Assembly (NCBI GenBank): GCA_018398765.1
Contig: JAHBMJ010000354.1
Location: forward strand, 1 to 49,834
Origin: Chromera velia
Lineage: Eukaryota
Length of the DNA: 49,834 bases
Direction: 5' to 3'
The notes beneath the pieces were generated by a model. It saw nothing but the letters and a program-made list of their open reading frames with translations, was not told where the DNA came from and searched no databases. Made by a program: the position numbers and the translations under genes. This document shows, piece after piece, positions 1-12,552 of this stretch. How positions within the stretch are numbered: the stretch's first letter is position 1; every line of letters starts with the position of its first letter.

Positions 1-1269
1 GGGGGGGGGGGGGGGGGGGGGGGGGGAGAGCCAAAGAAAACAAGAAAGAGGGGGAGGAAGAGAAAGAGGGGAAGACAAAGAGAGGAAGGGGGTAAGGAAG
101 AAAGAAGAGGGCGAAGAATGGTCGGAACAAGAAACAAGACAGCTGGATTGAACGCATCCTTGCGGAAGATCGGCGCAACAGGCAGGCGTGGATAGGACAG
201 ACGAGGAGAAGGCTTTGCAAAAGAAAAGACGACAAAGAACAAGAGGTCGCACTGAATGAGTGCATTTGAGACTCAAGACGAAAAAAAGGGGCAGTGTGGC
301 GATTTGTCTAAAATGGGTTAATTTCGTGTTTTCGGTTCCAAGCAGGATTTGTCCAGCATCCGAGCGTGAAAGCCCTCTTTGCTCATAAAGTGGGCTTCAG
401 GAAGAAATGGGGGTAAAGAGGATAACAAAGGGGGGGTTCCTTTCTCAAAACACTTGGGCGGTCTTGCCTGCCTAGAATACTCAGTTGTCTCTTCCTTCCC
501 TTTCCCACCTGTGCACCGATCATGTGCACACGTATGTACCTCCCCAGGCATCGACCCTCAGCGAACATCGCCGGAAAGGACGTAAGAACATGAAGTCGCG
601 TTAGAACGGTGATGGAGGTCTGAGAGAGACGGGAGAATGACGAAGGAAGCAGATGCCCTTATCAGGCAAATTGTGGCCTTCGCCTGATGGTTCTCTTTCG
701 GCCTTCCAATAAATTCGGTCCAATAAGAATATAAGCAGCCATGCCATTCACCAGCAATACTCATTAGTGTACCCACCTGCCTTGATGTACAGATTGTACC
801 CAGAAGAGCCTCTCTTGGGCTTGTCCTTCAACACCGCCTTCTCCTTAGGAGCCACTGCAAGAAGGGACGCAAAACAAAAGACTCTTGTGGCGTTTTACAT
901 GGATTATACAAAATCACAGCACTGCCAGAACAGAAAGAAGAAACGGGACAGGCAGGCGGGAGGGGTCCTTCCAGAAGGACTAACTTGTCGTCGAGGGGAA
1001 GGAAGAGTTCTTGAAAGACCAGAAACCGAGAGACGCCGAGAAGACCGGGAAAGAGCGAACTGCTATACACCCTTTTGTATGTTTAGTATGTCTCTAGAGA
1101 AGCTGAGGTCCACACCTAGAGCAACCACGTTGTGCTAATGAAACTGTCGGCTGACGCATAAAGCGCGTGTGGTCACACTGTGATTCTGAAATCAGCTCTC
1201 TCAAGTCTGGCGCTTCAATTTGCTCGGCTTAATTGTTTTTTTCGTTTGCTTATTTTTGGTGTTTTTTTA

Positions 1270-1500
1270 ATTTACTCCTGCAAATTTAAGTCCCGGCCGC
1301 GCGCCCCGCCGGCGGCCCGCACGCGCGGCGGCGCCCCGGCCCGCCTCATGCATGAATGCATGCATGCGCGCGATTCCGCGCGCGCGCGCAAGTCGCGCGA
1401 AAACGCCGCGATTGTGCATTCTATGTACGTATACATCGATATGTGTACGTATATATAGATATATCCTAACTAGCTGTCTATATTGATCTCTCTATACGTA
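1270..1500. promoter_or_regulatory. Putative promoter: GC/CpG-rich core with TGCATGCA, followed by an AT-alternating tract, upstream of the coiled-coil gene
   Basis: Non-coding GCGCGC-rich block with tgcatgcatgc about 600 bp upstream of ATG 2004. The architecture resembles the other gene-head regions. TGCATGCA is a known ApiAP2 target in apicomplexans. Confidence 0.4.
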
Positions 1501-2003
1501 CACGTCTGCGTCAACAATCTATATGCAGCAGTCTGCTCGGCTAGAATAATACCTGCTGAAGACCCGAATCATGCTTCCGCAGCATTGTGCTTCACACTGA
1601 AGGAGGAAAGCAAGATATCCGCCACTTTGCTCAGACAAATTGTTGCAACGACACGAAGTGCAACAGTGTCTACAAACCATCAATCGAGACGGAGAGAGAG
1701 GCGAAAAACGAGATCGACAGCAGAGGAGGTCCACTCGGAACAATTGCGCACGGGCGAGTGACTTAGCGAGTGAGTGGGCGCCTGGGCGCATTCACTCATT
1801 GCACTCTCGAGTGATTCTGTGTTTTGAATCAGTCTGCATGGTCTTGGATTTAAAAGGTGCAAAGAGAAAAGGACAACAGGAGATTCTACCATTCTCTAGC
1901 TCTCCAGGCCAACATTGGGTTCTGAAGACTTCATCCAGCAACGCTGCTTCTCCCTCTCTTATCCATCTACTGTCGATCAGACTCTGACTCTGGACCACAA
2001 ATA

Positions 2004-2469
2004 ATGGAGGCATCAGCAGACGCCCCTGTCCCTGTTGCTGCTGGAATGCACCCGAGTGACATGGTGGCCCTTCTGGAAGCATCGATGAGAGAATTTGAGG
2101 AGGCAGGACAGTACGAGGAAGCCACACGGATCAAGAATCAACTCAGCGGGATGCGACTGGAGGAGCAGAACAGGCGAAGAGACCAGATACGAGCAGAGCA
2201 GCTTGCAGAAAAACTGGGCATCGAGGAGGCGCACATGAAGGAACTGCAAGAATTTAACGACATCTGGGTTGGTCATGTCAGGTCTCTCTTTCTGTATGGA
2301 TAGAAGGGAGGGGTTGGAAGGGAACTATGCAAAAGCGTGCTTTTTTTGAAGGAAGAGAACGGAGGAGAGAGCAACTTGGACTTGCTGTGTATGACCATGT
2401 GTAAACAGTGCATTCTTCGGCCCGTTGCTTGTCTGCGAAAAAGTCTACACGTGAATGTGTAGATGTTCT

Positions 2470-2559
<90 letters not shown>

Positions 2560-5505
2560 TCTTACAATGTCTGCCATTCTGAGTGGTGTTTCTTTCAGAC
2601 TCAGCTGGTGATGTCTTTACAGCACACTTTATAGCAACATGTTTCATTAAGTGACAAAAGCGGAAAGATGCAACTCCCGATGCCCACTTTTCCTCGATCT
2701 GCCGTCTGGATCTGCCCCCCATGCTTGCACGACCGAAAGATCTCTCTCGCCAGGAATCGCATTACTCCCCTTGAAACGTGTTGGGAGGTCATTTTGGTTC
2801 AATATTTTCGGCCGCCGGCTTTGTGTTCCTATCTCATGTTGGCATGAATTCTTTCTTTCATCTTGCTTCTTTCTCTTTTTGCGTGCAGGATAGAAAAGTC
2901 CAGGAGTTTGAGCTCCATGCAAGTGAGTCGAGTGAATGAAAGAAGTCGATAGAGCTAGCCGTAGAATCATCCATCGCAAATCGATCCGTATGTCTAGTCG
3001 GTTTTCCTTCCAGAGTGCTGCCTGCCCTTCGTCTGTGTGCTTTTTGCTTGTGTGGGGATGTGTGACTTCCATGTGTGGTATAAGAAAATCCTTCTTGATG
3101 CCTAAGCTCTTGCCTGCTTTGTTTTTGGCCTGTTCGCGGGTTGCCCAAGTTTAAATGCACATTCATTCAATCAAGCCAAACTTGACTGATCGACGCACAA
3201 CGTCGTACCAGGCGAACGGATGGATGGATGGATGGATGGATGGATGGATGGATGGATGGATGAATGGATGGATGGATGGATGGATGGATGGATGGACATA
3301 GAGAGGAGAATCAAATGGAGCGCTCGCCGAGAAAAAAAGAATGCATGGGGAGTCTCCATGGGGAGGGGAGGGGAGGGGGCACGCTAAGTCGCATAGAGAA
3401 GAGAAGACTGTCTGTTTTCCTTCTTCGCCTCTGCAATTTTCGCCCGACGCATACGCATCACAAATGAAGGATGAGAGGAAAGTTCATGCCCTGTTTCTTG
3501 TTCATCGCCCTGAAAGCGTGCGTCGACGAGACTGGGCACATGTTCATCGCGAATTCTATGAAAGAAAGAAATGCACGATCGAGCATTTGAATGCACATCA
3601 CACAGAACCTGCCTCCCTCAGCATGTACCCGCTTTCTGTTCTCTCCTCTCCGCTAAATTCCCCAATGTCTCTTCGATCCGGTCATGCCATCCGCCCGCGT
3701 GCCCCCCCGCTCTTCCTTCCACATGCATGCATGCACGCATATGCCCCCCCTGCCTGCCTGCCTGTATGCAGATGCCCTGTGTCAGCAACTGGGGGAGAGG
3801 CACAGGTTGGAGTTCATGGCCTACTCGGAGAAGCTCCACAAGGTAGGTGCATCCATTTACTTCCATACATAATTCTTTTTCAGGGAGCGCTCCATGCATT
3901 CTGTATGAAAGTAAATGCATGGCCTACTCGGAGAAGCTCCACAAGGTAGGTGCATCCATTTACTTCCATACATAATTCTTTTTCAGGGAGCGCTCCATGC
4001 ATTCTGTATGAAAGTAAATGCATGGCCTACTCGGAGAAGCTCCACAAGGTAGGTGCATCCATTTACTTCCATACATAGTTCTTTTTCAGGGAGCGCTCCA
4101 TGCATTCTGTATGAAAGTAAATGCATGGCCTACTCGGAGAAGCTCCACAAGGTAGGTGCATCCATTTACTTCCATACATAATTCTTTTTCAGGGAGCGCT
4201 CCATGCATTCTGTATGAAAGTAAATGCATGGCCTACTCGGAGAAGCTCCACAAGGTAGGTGCATCCATTTACTTCCATACATAATTCTTTTTCAGGGAGC
4301 GCTCCATGCATTCTGTATGAAAGTAAATGCATGGCCTACTCGGAGAAGCTCCACAAGGTGCATATATATTCATCCATCCATCCATCCATCCATCCATCCA
4401 AGCGAGCAATAAATCAGAATTAAGAGAAAGCAAGATAATCCAGGGCCCACAGCTGAATCAATGAATGTGAGTGCATGGATACACGAATGAATGAATGAAT
4501 GAATGAATGAATGAACGAATGAATGAATGAATGAATGAATGAATGAATAAATGAACGAATGAATGCATCAATGAATGAATGAATGCAGGAGACGGCTCCA
4601 CGTACGCCGCGGTGGTCCAAGGAGCTCTTGACACTCCGAAAAGTCGAGGCCACGCTTGTAAAGCAGAAGAACTACGCCGAAGCCTCCAAAATCAAAGCAC
4701 AGGTGGGTAATGGTTGGTACATCGGTTGCAAAGTTCAACAGCGACAGACGCAAGGAACTGAAAGGCTACAACGGACATTCGACTGGACAAAGGAGGCAGC
4801 AGGGCCGTCACAGGGAGAAAGTCAGAGAGACAGTTTTTCTTTCTTTTTTTCTTTCTTTCTTTCCTTCTTTTTTATTTCTTGCGGGCTGCATGAGATACCC
4901 TTTTGACGCCCTCCGGCCATGTGATTTCTTGGATCATGGTGAAGAGATGAAGAAGACCGTGCATGCATTTCTAATCAATATGACTGATCGGCACTTCAGC
5001 TTGACCTCCAACAAATCAATCAATTCTCACACTTATGCACTCATCGTGTCGGAGTCCATCCATGCACGAATGTATGCATGCATGTATGCTTGCAGGCAGA
5101 CTCGCTGGAAGATCAAGAAACTTTCAGATGGAGAAAGGCCCGACAGGAAAAGATTGACCTTCTGGAAGACCAGTTCGTCCGAAAGCAGCACCTCGAGATG
5201 GCAGGTATGTGCGTGCGTCGGCTGCAGGAGCCTGCAGTCAACTGTTGTATGTATGGATGATGTTGAGAGTACACGAAGTCTGTCCCCTTCTTTTTACAAC
5301 ACGGACAGAACACGGACGGAAGGAGGGACAGACAGAACAAAGGGCAGAGGGGCGGCCGGGCGGGGAGTGCTTGGTAGACTCTCCCAGGCAGAAAGTGGGG
5401 AATTACAGGATTGCATCAATATCAATAAATTCTGTTGTTCGTATTGCTTTGCAATAATGCTGGTTTTGGGGTCTCACTGTCAGCAGCAGTCTCCTCCTAA
5501 GCGCA

Positions 5506-5543
<38 letters not shown>

Positions 5544-6463
5544 ATATATATATATATATATATACATATATGTACACATACACGCACATGTCTATGTCAA
5601 TGTCGATGTATACCTGTGTGCCTTTCTCTTTCGTTCTAACTTTGTTTCTTTCTTCTTTTATTTCACTTTCTCGACACTCCTTTTTTCTCTTCCCGGTCGA
5701 TGCAGGTTTGAGGAAGCGGGTTCAGTCGGGCAGGGAGGAAAGCAGGCAGGCGAGGAAGGCAGAGCTGGAAAGGCTGCTGCAAAGGTACCACAACGTCAAA
5801 GTGGCCATGGAGACACAAGTCAGTAAGCCAGCCAGCCAGCCAGCCAGCCGAGAGCATCAAGAAAAGTTGGATCTGAAAATCAGCTACACCAGAGTCGACT
5901 GTCAACATGCGATACGGCGTAACAGAACAGAAACGCCACACAAATGATCATGGACACAAACATTGTCCAGCTCCCTCACATTGTCCAGCCAGCCGGGGGT
6001 CTGTCTGCAATGATGTAGCAGGCATAAATAAAAAGGGGGTCCCACACAGCTTTCATACACCCCTAGCTTCTAGCTGTGCAGTAGCGCGACGATCTATCCT
6101 CAAAGTAGTCGGACGCATCCATCCATCTTTCAATGCATCGGCCCATCCTTCCCTCCCTCGTCCCTCCCTCCCTCCATCCATCCCCAAGTCAACACATACA
6201 CATGTGTGAGCACATAGACACATACGCACCGTCACACCGACACATTTTCTTTCTGCATGAAATGAAATGAATGTTTGCAGCATCACCTGAGGAGAATCGA
6301 TCATGAGAGATACGCGCGCACTGCCTCTGGGGCTCCCCCTCTGTCGCCTCAGCAGCCTCAGGCACAGATGGTCTCAAAGGGATCAGCCTCAGGCAGACCG
6401 ACAACGCCCCTTTCTGCTCTGACGTCAGTTCAGTCGGGCCTTCGTGTCTCTATCTCTTTCTGA
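2004..6463 (+). CDS. Uncharacterised coiled-coil protein, 295 aa, 7 exons: 2004-2267, 2889-2922, 3772-3842, 4589-4702, 5096-5204, 5706-5818, 6281-6463
   Basis: All introns are GT...AG and the phases join into one 888-nt open frame: MEASADAP...[16 protein letters not shown]...[99 protein letters not shown]...[17 protein letters not shown]...[25 protein letters not shown]...*. It has two UvrB/C-like 'YxEAxxIK' helical motifs and resembles an uncharacterised family I recall from flagellated/ciliated protists. The end of the last exon is less certain (possible extra donor GTCAGT near 6424). Confidence 0.88.
2469..2556. repeat. Compound microsatellite (CT)n(GT)n(GA)n
   Basis: Seen directly in intron 1 of the coiled-coil gene. 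Confidence 0.95.
3218..3296. repeat. (GGAT)n microsatellite
   Basis: Seen directly. Confidence 0.95.
3815..4359 (+). repeat. Tandem array, 103-bp unit, 5 full copies plus a partial, spanning the exon 3/intron 3 boundary of the coiled-coil gene
   Basis: CATGGCCTACTCGGAG... recurs at 3815, 3918, 4021, 4124, 4227 and 4330. Copies are near-identical, with one A>G change in copy 3 (atacatagtt). Confidence 0.97.
4485..4585. repeat. (GAAT)n microsatellite abutting a splice acceptor
   Basis: Seen directly; ends at gaatgcag/ (4588). Confidence 0.93.
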
Positions 6464-6862
6464 ATATTGAGTGGATTTGCGTGAATGCTTTCGTTGATGA
6501 TCTGTCTATGTGCAGGTGTGCATTCATTTAGATTGCATGCGAAACCGTACCGACGGAAGAAATTAACATGTCTTTCACGCATGCATTCATCATTGCTTGA
6601 GGCAATCAATCACATCGATGAATGGGCATTCATGCACGGGCGTTCGTTCGTTCTTTTTCTCGAATGAATGAATGGACTCAAGCGGTGATTTCCTTGGAAG
6701 TGCGATAGAGGGGCGTGCTTTCATATTGAGTGAAATGGGTGGGCGCTTGATTGCATGTGAAATACATGTGTACAGCATTCGCGTGGTGGACATATATGTC
6801 TCTTGTTCTGCATGTGTCTAAATTACTACTTGGTATGCATGTGTTTTTGAGAGCCGGCATGC

Positions 6863-6900
<38 letters not shown>

Positions 6901-8498
6901 CCTCATGGGATTCAGTGCATGCACATGCATGCGTTTTCGAAGCCCTTTCCGCATTCTGCTGTGTGGGTTTCTTTCTCTTTTTTTCTTCCGATCCCCCCTG
7001 CAGGCATGCAACCTCTCGTCGGTCGCTGCGAAAACATCACTGATCGATCGAATGATTCTTCCGATCGACTTACTTCAGGACATTCGATCGATCGTTCGAC
7101 AGGGGGGGGGGAACTGATGCATGTCCTTCTCATACAACCATGCACGCACACATGACATACATGCACGCACGCACGCACGCACACACGCATGCACGCACAC
7201 TATAGAAGGATCGATCAGAAGGATACATGCATGCATCTGGCATGATCGATCGAGGAAGGAAGTGCGGTATCTCTTTGCTGATTGATCGAGGGTCAGACAG
7301 ACGGAAGAGGAACGAAGAGAGAGAGAGAGAGAGAACATGGAGCCAGCTTTCTGCAATAGACATTTCTGTCCGTCTGCCTGCCTGCCTGCTTGAAAGTCTG
7401 TTCTATACATAGAGGTCTGTGTAAGTAGTCTGGCCAGAGAGAGCGGAGAATTGATGATCGAGCGAGAAGCAAAATTAAACGGACGGACGAGGAAAGACCA
7501 AAGAGCGGGGCACGCTGGGAGGAAATTGAAAGGGTCCGTCTCTGAAATTAAATACACTTGCTCACAAGCAGCAGAGAGCGATGCAGACAGATCCAGGATG
7601 AACTCAGGTTGGGTCTTAAAAAAGCAGCGTGTAGCAAAACAGATGGCGCAAAGAGGAACAACAGCGGAGATTCAGACGCGTGGATGGAGGGCATGTACAC
7701 ATTTATTCATTCATTCATTTATTCATTCATTAGCATTGACGCTTCTTAACTTAAAAGCGGATGGACAGGAGTGGGGATGGAATGCCTTTCGGTCGATTCA
7801 AGGAGCTTCGGTAATTCTCATTCAAAGTAACGTCAAGTTTGAAAAAGGTCAAGAAAGAAGGTCATGGAGTGTAGAACACTTCAAATGTTGCAATAAATTG
7901 AGCAATAAAGGGTAAAACATGAAAGCAGAGCTTACCAAAACTACATACAAATAGATATTAATACTAATAAATAAATTCTTCAATGGCCCTTGGGGATTAA
8001 ATACCCCAAGGTCCCCACTGAACAAATTGAAGAATATATTTGTCTTATTTTATAGTTCATCTTACTGAAAGTATATAGTGCTTACTTTTAAATAGCTGCA
8101 TCATTGGAAAGCTCTAGTATTATTTTAAATAGTATTTTGTTTTATATTTAGCTTTATATTTCTTACTAGCCGCAGAATCTAGTGTTAGAGCCTATGACAA
8201 CTGATATATACTTCAAATTTGCAACCCTGCTAGCAACCCTAACTCTGAAAGCTAACGTTAAGGGCATATGTCTAGTCTGTTTTCAGCTAGTAGCCAATGC
8301 TAGCCCCACCAATTATGTTACATACAATTTATGCATGATTTTGACATGGCTTCATTTCAGTTCCCAAGATCGACTTACGAATAGTAGAGATCGGCAGATT
8401 TGGCACTAGGATTGGCAACTACTCAGTACGTAGTAAAAATTGATTCCTGAAGTTTAATTATAAATATTTAATCATCATGCACTCTCTTTTTTATACAG

Positions 8499-9350
8499 TC
8501 ATCATCATTATCATACGTCATTGCCATTGGCCTATAATAGGCGTTTAGCGTTCGGCAAGTCACGACATGCAAGGCAGATTGTTAATGATGGACCCTCATT
8601 CGGCAATATTTGGCAACTAGCTTAACAACAACATTTCTTTTCAAACTCTTCCACTTCTGGCATGGCGTGCTTGTACATGAGTGAGGCTGCTTCATGCGAT
8701 TTTGACTGCCAACCATGCTATGCCACCTCATAACGCCCCCCTCTTCTCTGCTTGTAATTCCTAAGAATTTCTTTCACCTGACAGCCCTGAACCTAGCTTC
8801 TTTTCTTTTCTGTGACTGTCTTCTTCGGCTGCTCTGGCTCTCTAGGGGCGAGGTCTTTGTATGCTTTGCTAGTGTGAATGCGAAGCCTGTGGAAGGTGGA
8901 AAACGTTCGTCTACATGCCGCATACTTCGCATCTCTATCTCTCTGCCCCTTTCTCACCTCGCTTTTCCTTCCCTTTTCCTCCACTGCTTTTTCACCCCGT
9001 CTTGAATTAAAGCCTTCTACCTGCCCCTATGAGAGGCAAGCGTCTGCCACTCGGCCTCATTGATTTCCAGAAGGCGGAAATTAGAAAGGACACAGTCGCT
9101 CCAACGAAGGAGGGGTCGACCAAGGGGGCGCTCTCCTGGGAGATGCCCAAACAACAACTGACGGGCCGGGAAGACGCTCTCCCCCCATCCTCCCAACATG
9201 GTCCAGCTACCAGAGTCTGGCGAGTTTGACAGTGCTCTCAATCGTGCGCAATCCAAACGCACGATGGATGGCAGTGTCACTATAATAGGAGTGCGCTCCT
9301 GGCAAGGCTGGTTCATTACCTGCCTCACACGCACCATGCACCATGGTGTT
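8499..9350 (-). mobile_element. Degenerate, 5'-truncated non-LTR retrotransposon (RTE-like LINE) 3' fragment
   Basis: Minus-strand translation across stops and frameshifts gives FGLRTIESTVKLARLW*LDHVGRMGGERLP/ARQLLFGHLPGERPLGRPLLRWSDCV...INEAEWQTLASHRGR*K. This matches the post-RT motif of RTE-type ORF2 (RLRWxGHVxRM..RLPKQLLxG..RPxGRPxxRW..W..LA.DR..W). It is followed by a decayed C2H2 finger (YAACRRTFSTFHRLRIHTSKAY) and a (TGA)n-type tail (+ strand tcatcatcattatcat, 8499-8514). Confidence 0.82.
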
Positions 9351-12300
9351 AACATTTATATATTAACAGTTTGCATATCTTTTATGTTTGGCATCCTGCC
9401 GCATCCATCAACATATGCCAGTACTTTTTTGGTTTGTCTTTGTTTTATGTTAAAATTTAAGCTCTTTGCTAGACTTTGGGCCTTGTGCAATTTCAAAATC
9501 GATGAAAACCTTCTCTGTCTAACTGAAAGAGCACTGCAAACTCCCAACGTCCAAGTGAGGTTCGTTAATCGTGAACCTCTCTTTTCTTACTTCTCATCAT
9601 ACAATCTCCCTCAAAGTCAGTAACTCCTCTTAGACGTACACCGAGACGCATTCGTCTCGATCCTTTCTGTTTTTTTGTTGTGAGTCTCCAACGGTGGTCG
9701 GCTCTTTCGCGTGCATTTGTTTGCACCTCGTTTGGGTGCATGGGTTTGTCCAGCTTTCGATCTGATCTATCGGGGGGCAAGGAAAGACGCCATCCCGTAG
9801 TCGAGTTTATGCACCTGGTCCAGATGGATGAAAGGTGGATGGAGAGGATGAGGGTGGACCGAGAAAAGGAAAAAGGAGAAATTAAGGCAGGAAGAGAAGG
9901 AGGGAGGGAGGGACTCAGAGGGATCGAATCGGACGATCATCCATCCATTGGATTGGACCTTCATTGGTTCCTCCATCGATCGGGATTGGTCAATCGATCT
10001 GAGTGTGCCCTGCTGCTGTGGGAAATCCCGCGGTCCGGCCGAATCAAGTCGGATGGATGGACTCGAGGGAATTGCCTTACCACCTGCCTTCCTTCCGGGC
10101 ATGCAGCTGATTTAGTTTTTCTTTTCTCGATCCTCTTCAGACTCGCTGTACGTTGATTTTCGTAGTGGCTTTACTGATTGACAATTTGATGGAGGGATGA
10201 TTTTTGGAGTGAAAAATCTTAGCCGCCCCCTTCCCTCAGTGTCCTTCCAGCACTTCAAGTTTTCCCGCCACAGTGCATGCTCCTCGATGTTTCTTTACTG
10301 TCTGCAAGTCTCTGTGCCTTCCTTCGATCAGGGGACAGCAAAACAAGGAAGGAAGGAAGGAAGGCCGCATGCGGTTACCAGCACTTCAATCTCTACGTAC
10401 AGAAAAAGGAGAAGCTGAGTGAGTGAGTGAACGTCCAACCATGCCCTCAACCCTTCGTCCGCTACTCCATTCTTGTGATGCACCAAAAAACTGATAGATC
10501 AGCATATCTGGCCGGCAGACGAAAAACACACTTCCTCATTGGCCCTTTTCAGTCAACATTGCCTTCTTTTTCTTTTGTGCATGCCGGTACGTGAATGTGG
10601 TGTGCGTGTACACGCGTCTGTATGTCTCTGCAAGTCTTGTCTGTTTCTGCATGTTTTGTGTGTCGTGGTGAAAATATTCGAAAGAAGGACGCGGCCGTTG
10701 ATTGACTGAAAAAACGATCGATCGATGCAACATGCAACGAATGCATGCAGAGTCATACAATTAAGTGCATACATGCAAACAATGCGATCGATGCATAATC
10801 ATTTGACAGTGAGATGGATGCAGAACGCAGCTGGACATGCAGGGCGGGGCAGGGCCTGCCCCCCCTGCATTATCAGGCCCGCTTCTCTCCTCGTCTTACG
10901 ACCGACTCGCTTGAGTCTGGTCTCCTTTCTTTCTTCCCTGACTTCGTTTTTGAATGGACGAATGAACGAAGCCGATGCAGGTCTATCAGAGAGCTAGACG
11001 TCCGGACAGCCATGTTAATTCCTCACATCATGTAAAGCTTCTCTTCTCTTTATTCTCTTTTCAATTGATCGATCGATCGATCGATCCAACATTTTCCCGT
11101 TCACCGGTTCCATTTCTTTTGCCCTTTCCCCTCCCTTTCCCTCCCTCCCTTTGCCCGCACCCTTTTTCACTCACGCACGCAGCGAACCGAGCCCCACGCA
11201 GACCCTCTTGTGCATGCACGATGTATCTCAAGGAACCAATCACATCACATGGTAACCGATCAATCATTCAAATGAATGGCGCACGCCTTGCTTGATTGAT
11301 TGAAGGTTCCATCGTTCCCAGTACGGTGTGTCTTTTTGCAGGCCTCAGTCAGTCTTTCACTCTCTGTCCTTCGTTCTCTCTTTCTCTCTCTCTCCCTGTG
11401 TGTGTGTGTGTGTGTGTATGTGTTGGTTGCTGGATTATTTGTGTATGTGTGTGTGTGGTTATTAGTGCTCGATCCCCGGTCTATCTGAGCCTGCTGCTGT
11501 GACAACAAAATCACGTCCCTCCATGCACCCACAAAAGCACCCACCGCATGATCATCCCTGCGATCCAACGTTCAGCGATCGATGCGCATGCATGCATGCA
11601 TGCATGCAGTACAAACGGAATAAATGAAGTGAGGCGAAGGCATTCTCTGGCATGCATGTACTGATGACAACATCTATCCATAAGGGAGGGATCGAGCACC
11701 CATTCCTTTCTTCCTTCCTTCCTTTTTTCCTTCCTTCCTTCCTTTTTTCCAACCGTACGTACGGATCCACTGATCGATCGATCGAGCCACACAGGCAGGC
11801 ACATTCTGAGCGCATGCATGCAAACGAGCTGCAGGGACGAAAAATTCAGGGAGGGAGGGAAGGAAAGACGGACGGACAAGAGGGAGCGACGCACATCCAA
11901 TTGAAGACGGTGCATGAACGTTGCGTGCCTGCGGTTGGTTGCATGGCTGGAAAGGAGAGGAATCATTAGGCAGGCAGCCAGAAAGCTTTAAAAAGATTCA
12001 TCTCTTCTTCAATTCAATCGAGGGAGGGCGGGGGAGCAAAAGTGGAGCCCACAGACCTGCAAACGTACAGCTGGGCAGAAAGGTGAGGCGATAAGACACA
12101 CCTAAGAGAAGAGAAGAGAAGAGAAGACAAAAAATCCCGCACGGCGAAGGAATCATGAAGGAAAGAAAAAAGGGAAGGAAAATTCGATTGGTTTGAACGC
12201 TTCCTTGTTTTTCTTTTTTCTCTCGATCCGTTTTTCATTTTTCCTAAGTTTTTGACTTGCTGCCCTTCCTGTCTCTTTCTGCCGCCTCAGTCAGTTTCGT

Positions 12301-12485
12301 CCCGCGCTCCACCCCCGAGTGAGTGTTTTTCTCTTCACTTTCGATCCATGCATGCCCTTCATTTCATTTTGTTTCGTTTATTCGTTCCTCCCTCTCTGAA
12401 AGCAAATGGTTTTCTTTCTCGTTTGACTTTGTTCTGTTTTGTGTATGTGACTCCAATAAGTGAGCAACTAAAGAGGGGAGAGACG

Positions 12486-12493
12486 ACAGACAC

Positions 12494-12524
<31 letters not shown>

Positions 12525-12552
12525 CACAGACAGACACACAGACAGACAGACA
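12486..12552. repeat. (CAGA/CACA)n microsatellite
   Basis: Seen directly. Confidence 0.9.

Noticed and set aside
1..1140. Poly-G start, purine-rich stretch and short ORFs (e.g. 767-1138)
   Set aside because: No recognisable domain or consistent splice model. It may be UTR or part of a gene outside the window.
3815..4359. CRISPR-like appearance of the repeat arrays (also 17003-17239 and 13231-13398)
   Set aside because: The intervening segments are identical rather than unique spacers, there are no cas genes, and the context is eukaryotic and intronic.
4710..5639. 309-aa ORF
   Set aside because: Runs through introns 4-5 of the coiled-coil gene out of frame with the real exon and includes microsatellite-derived sequence.
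7988..8011. Hairpin as a Helitron 3' end or terminator
   Set aside because: Only an 8-bp stem, with no CTRR terminus at the expected spacing and no other supporting structure.
9567..9659. Two small inverted repeats (GAGGTTC..GAACCTC; CGAGACG..CGTCTCG) as an ncRNA
   Set aside because: The 7-bp stems are within chance expectation, and no tRNA, snRNA or snoRNA motifs were seen.
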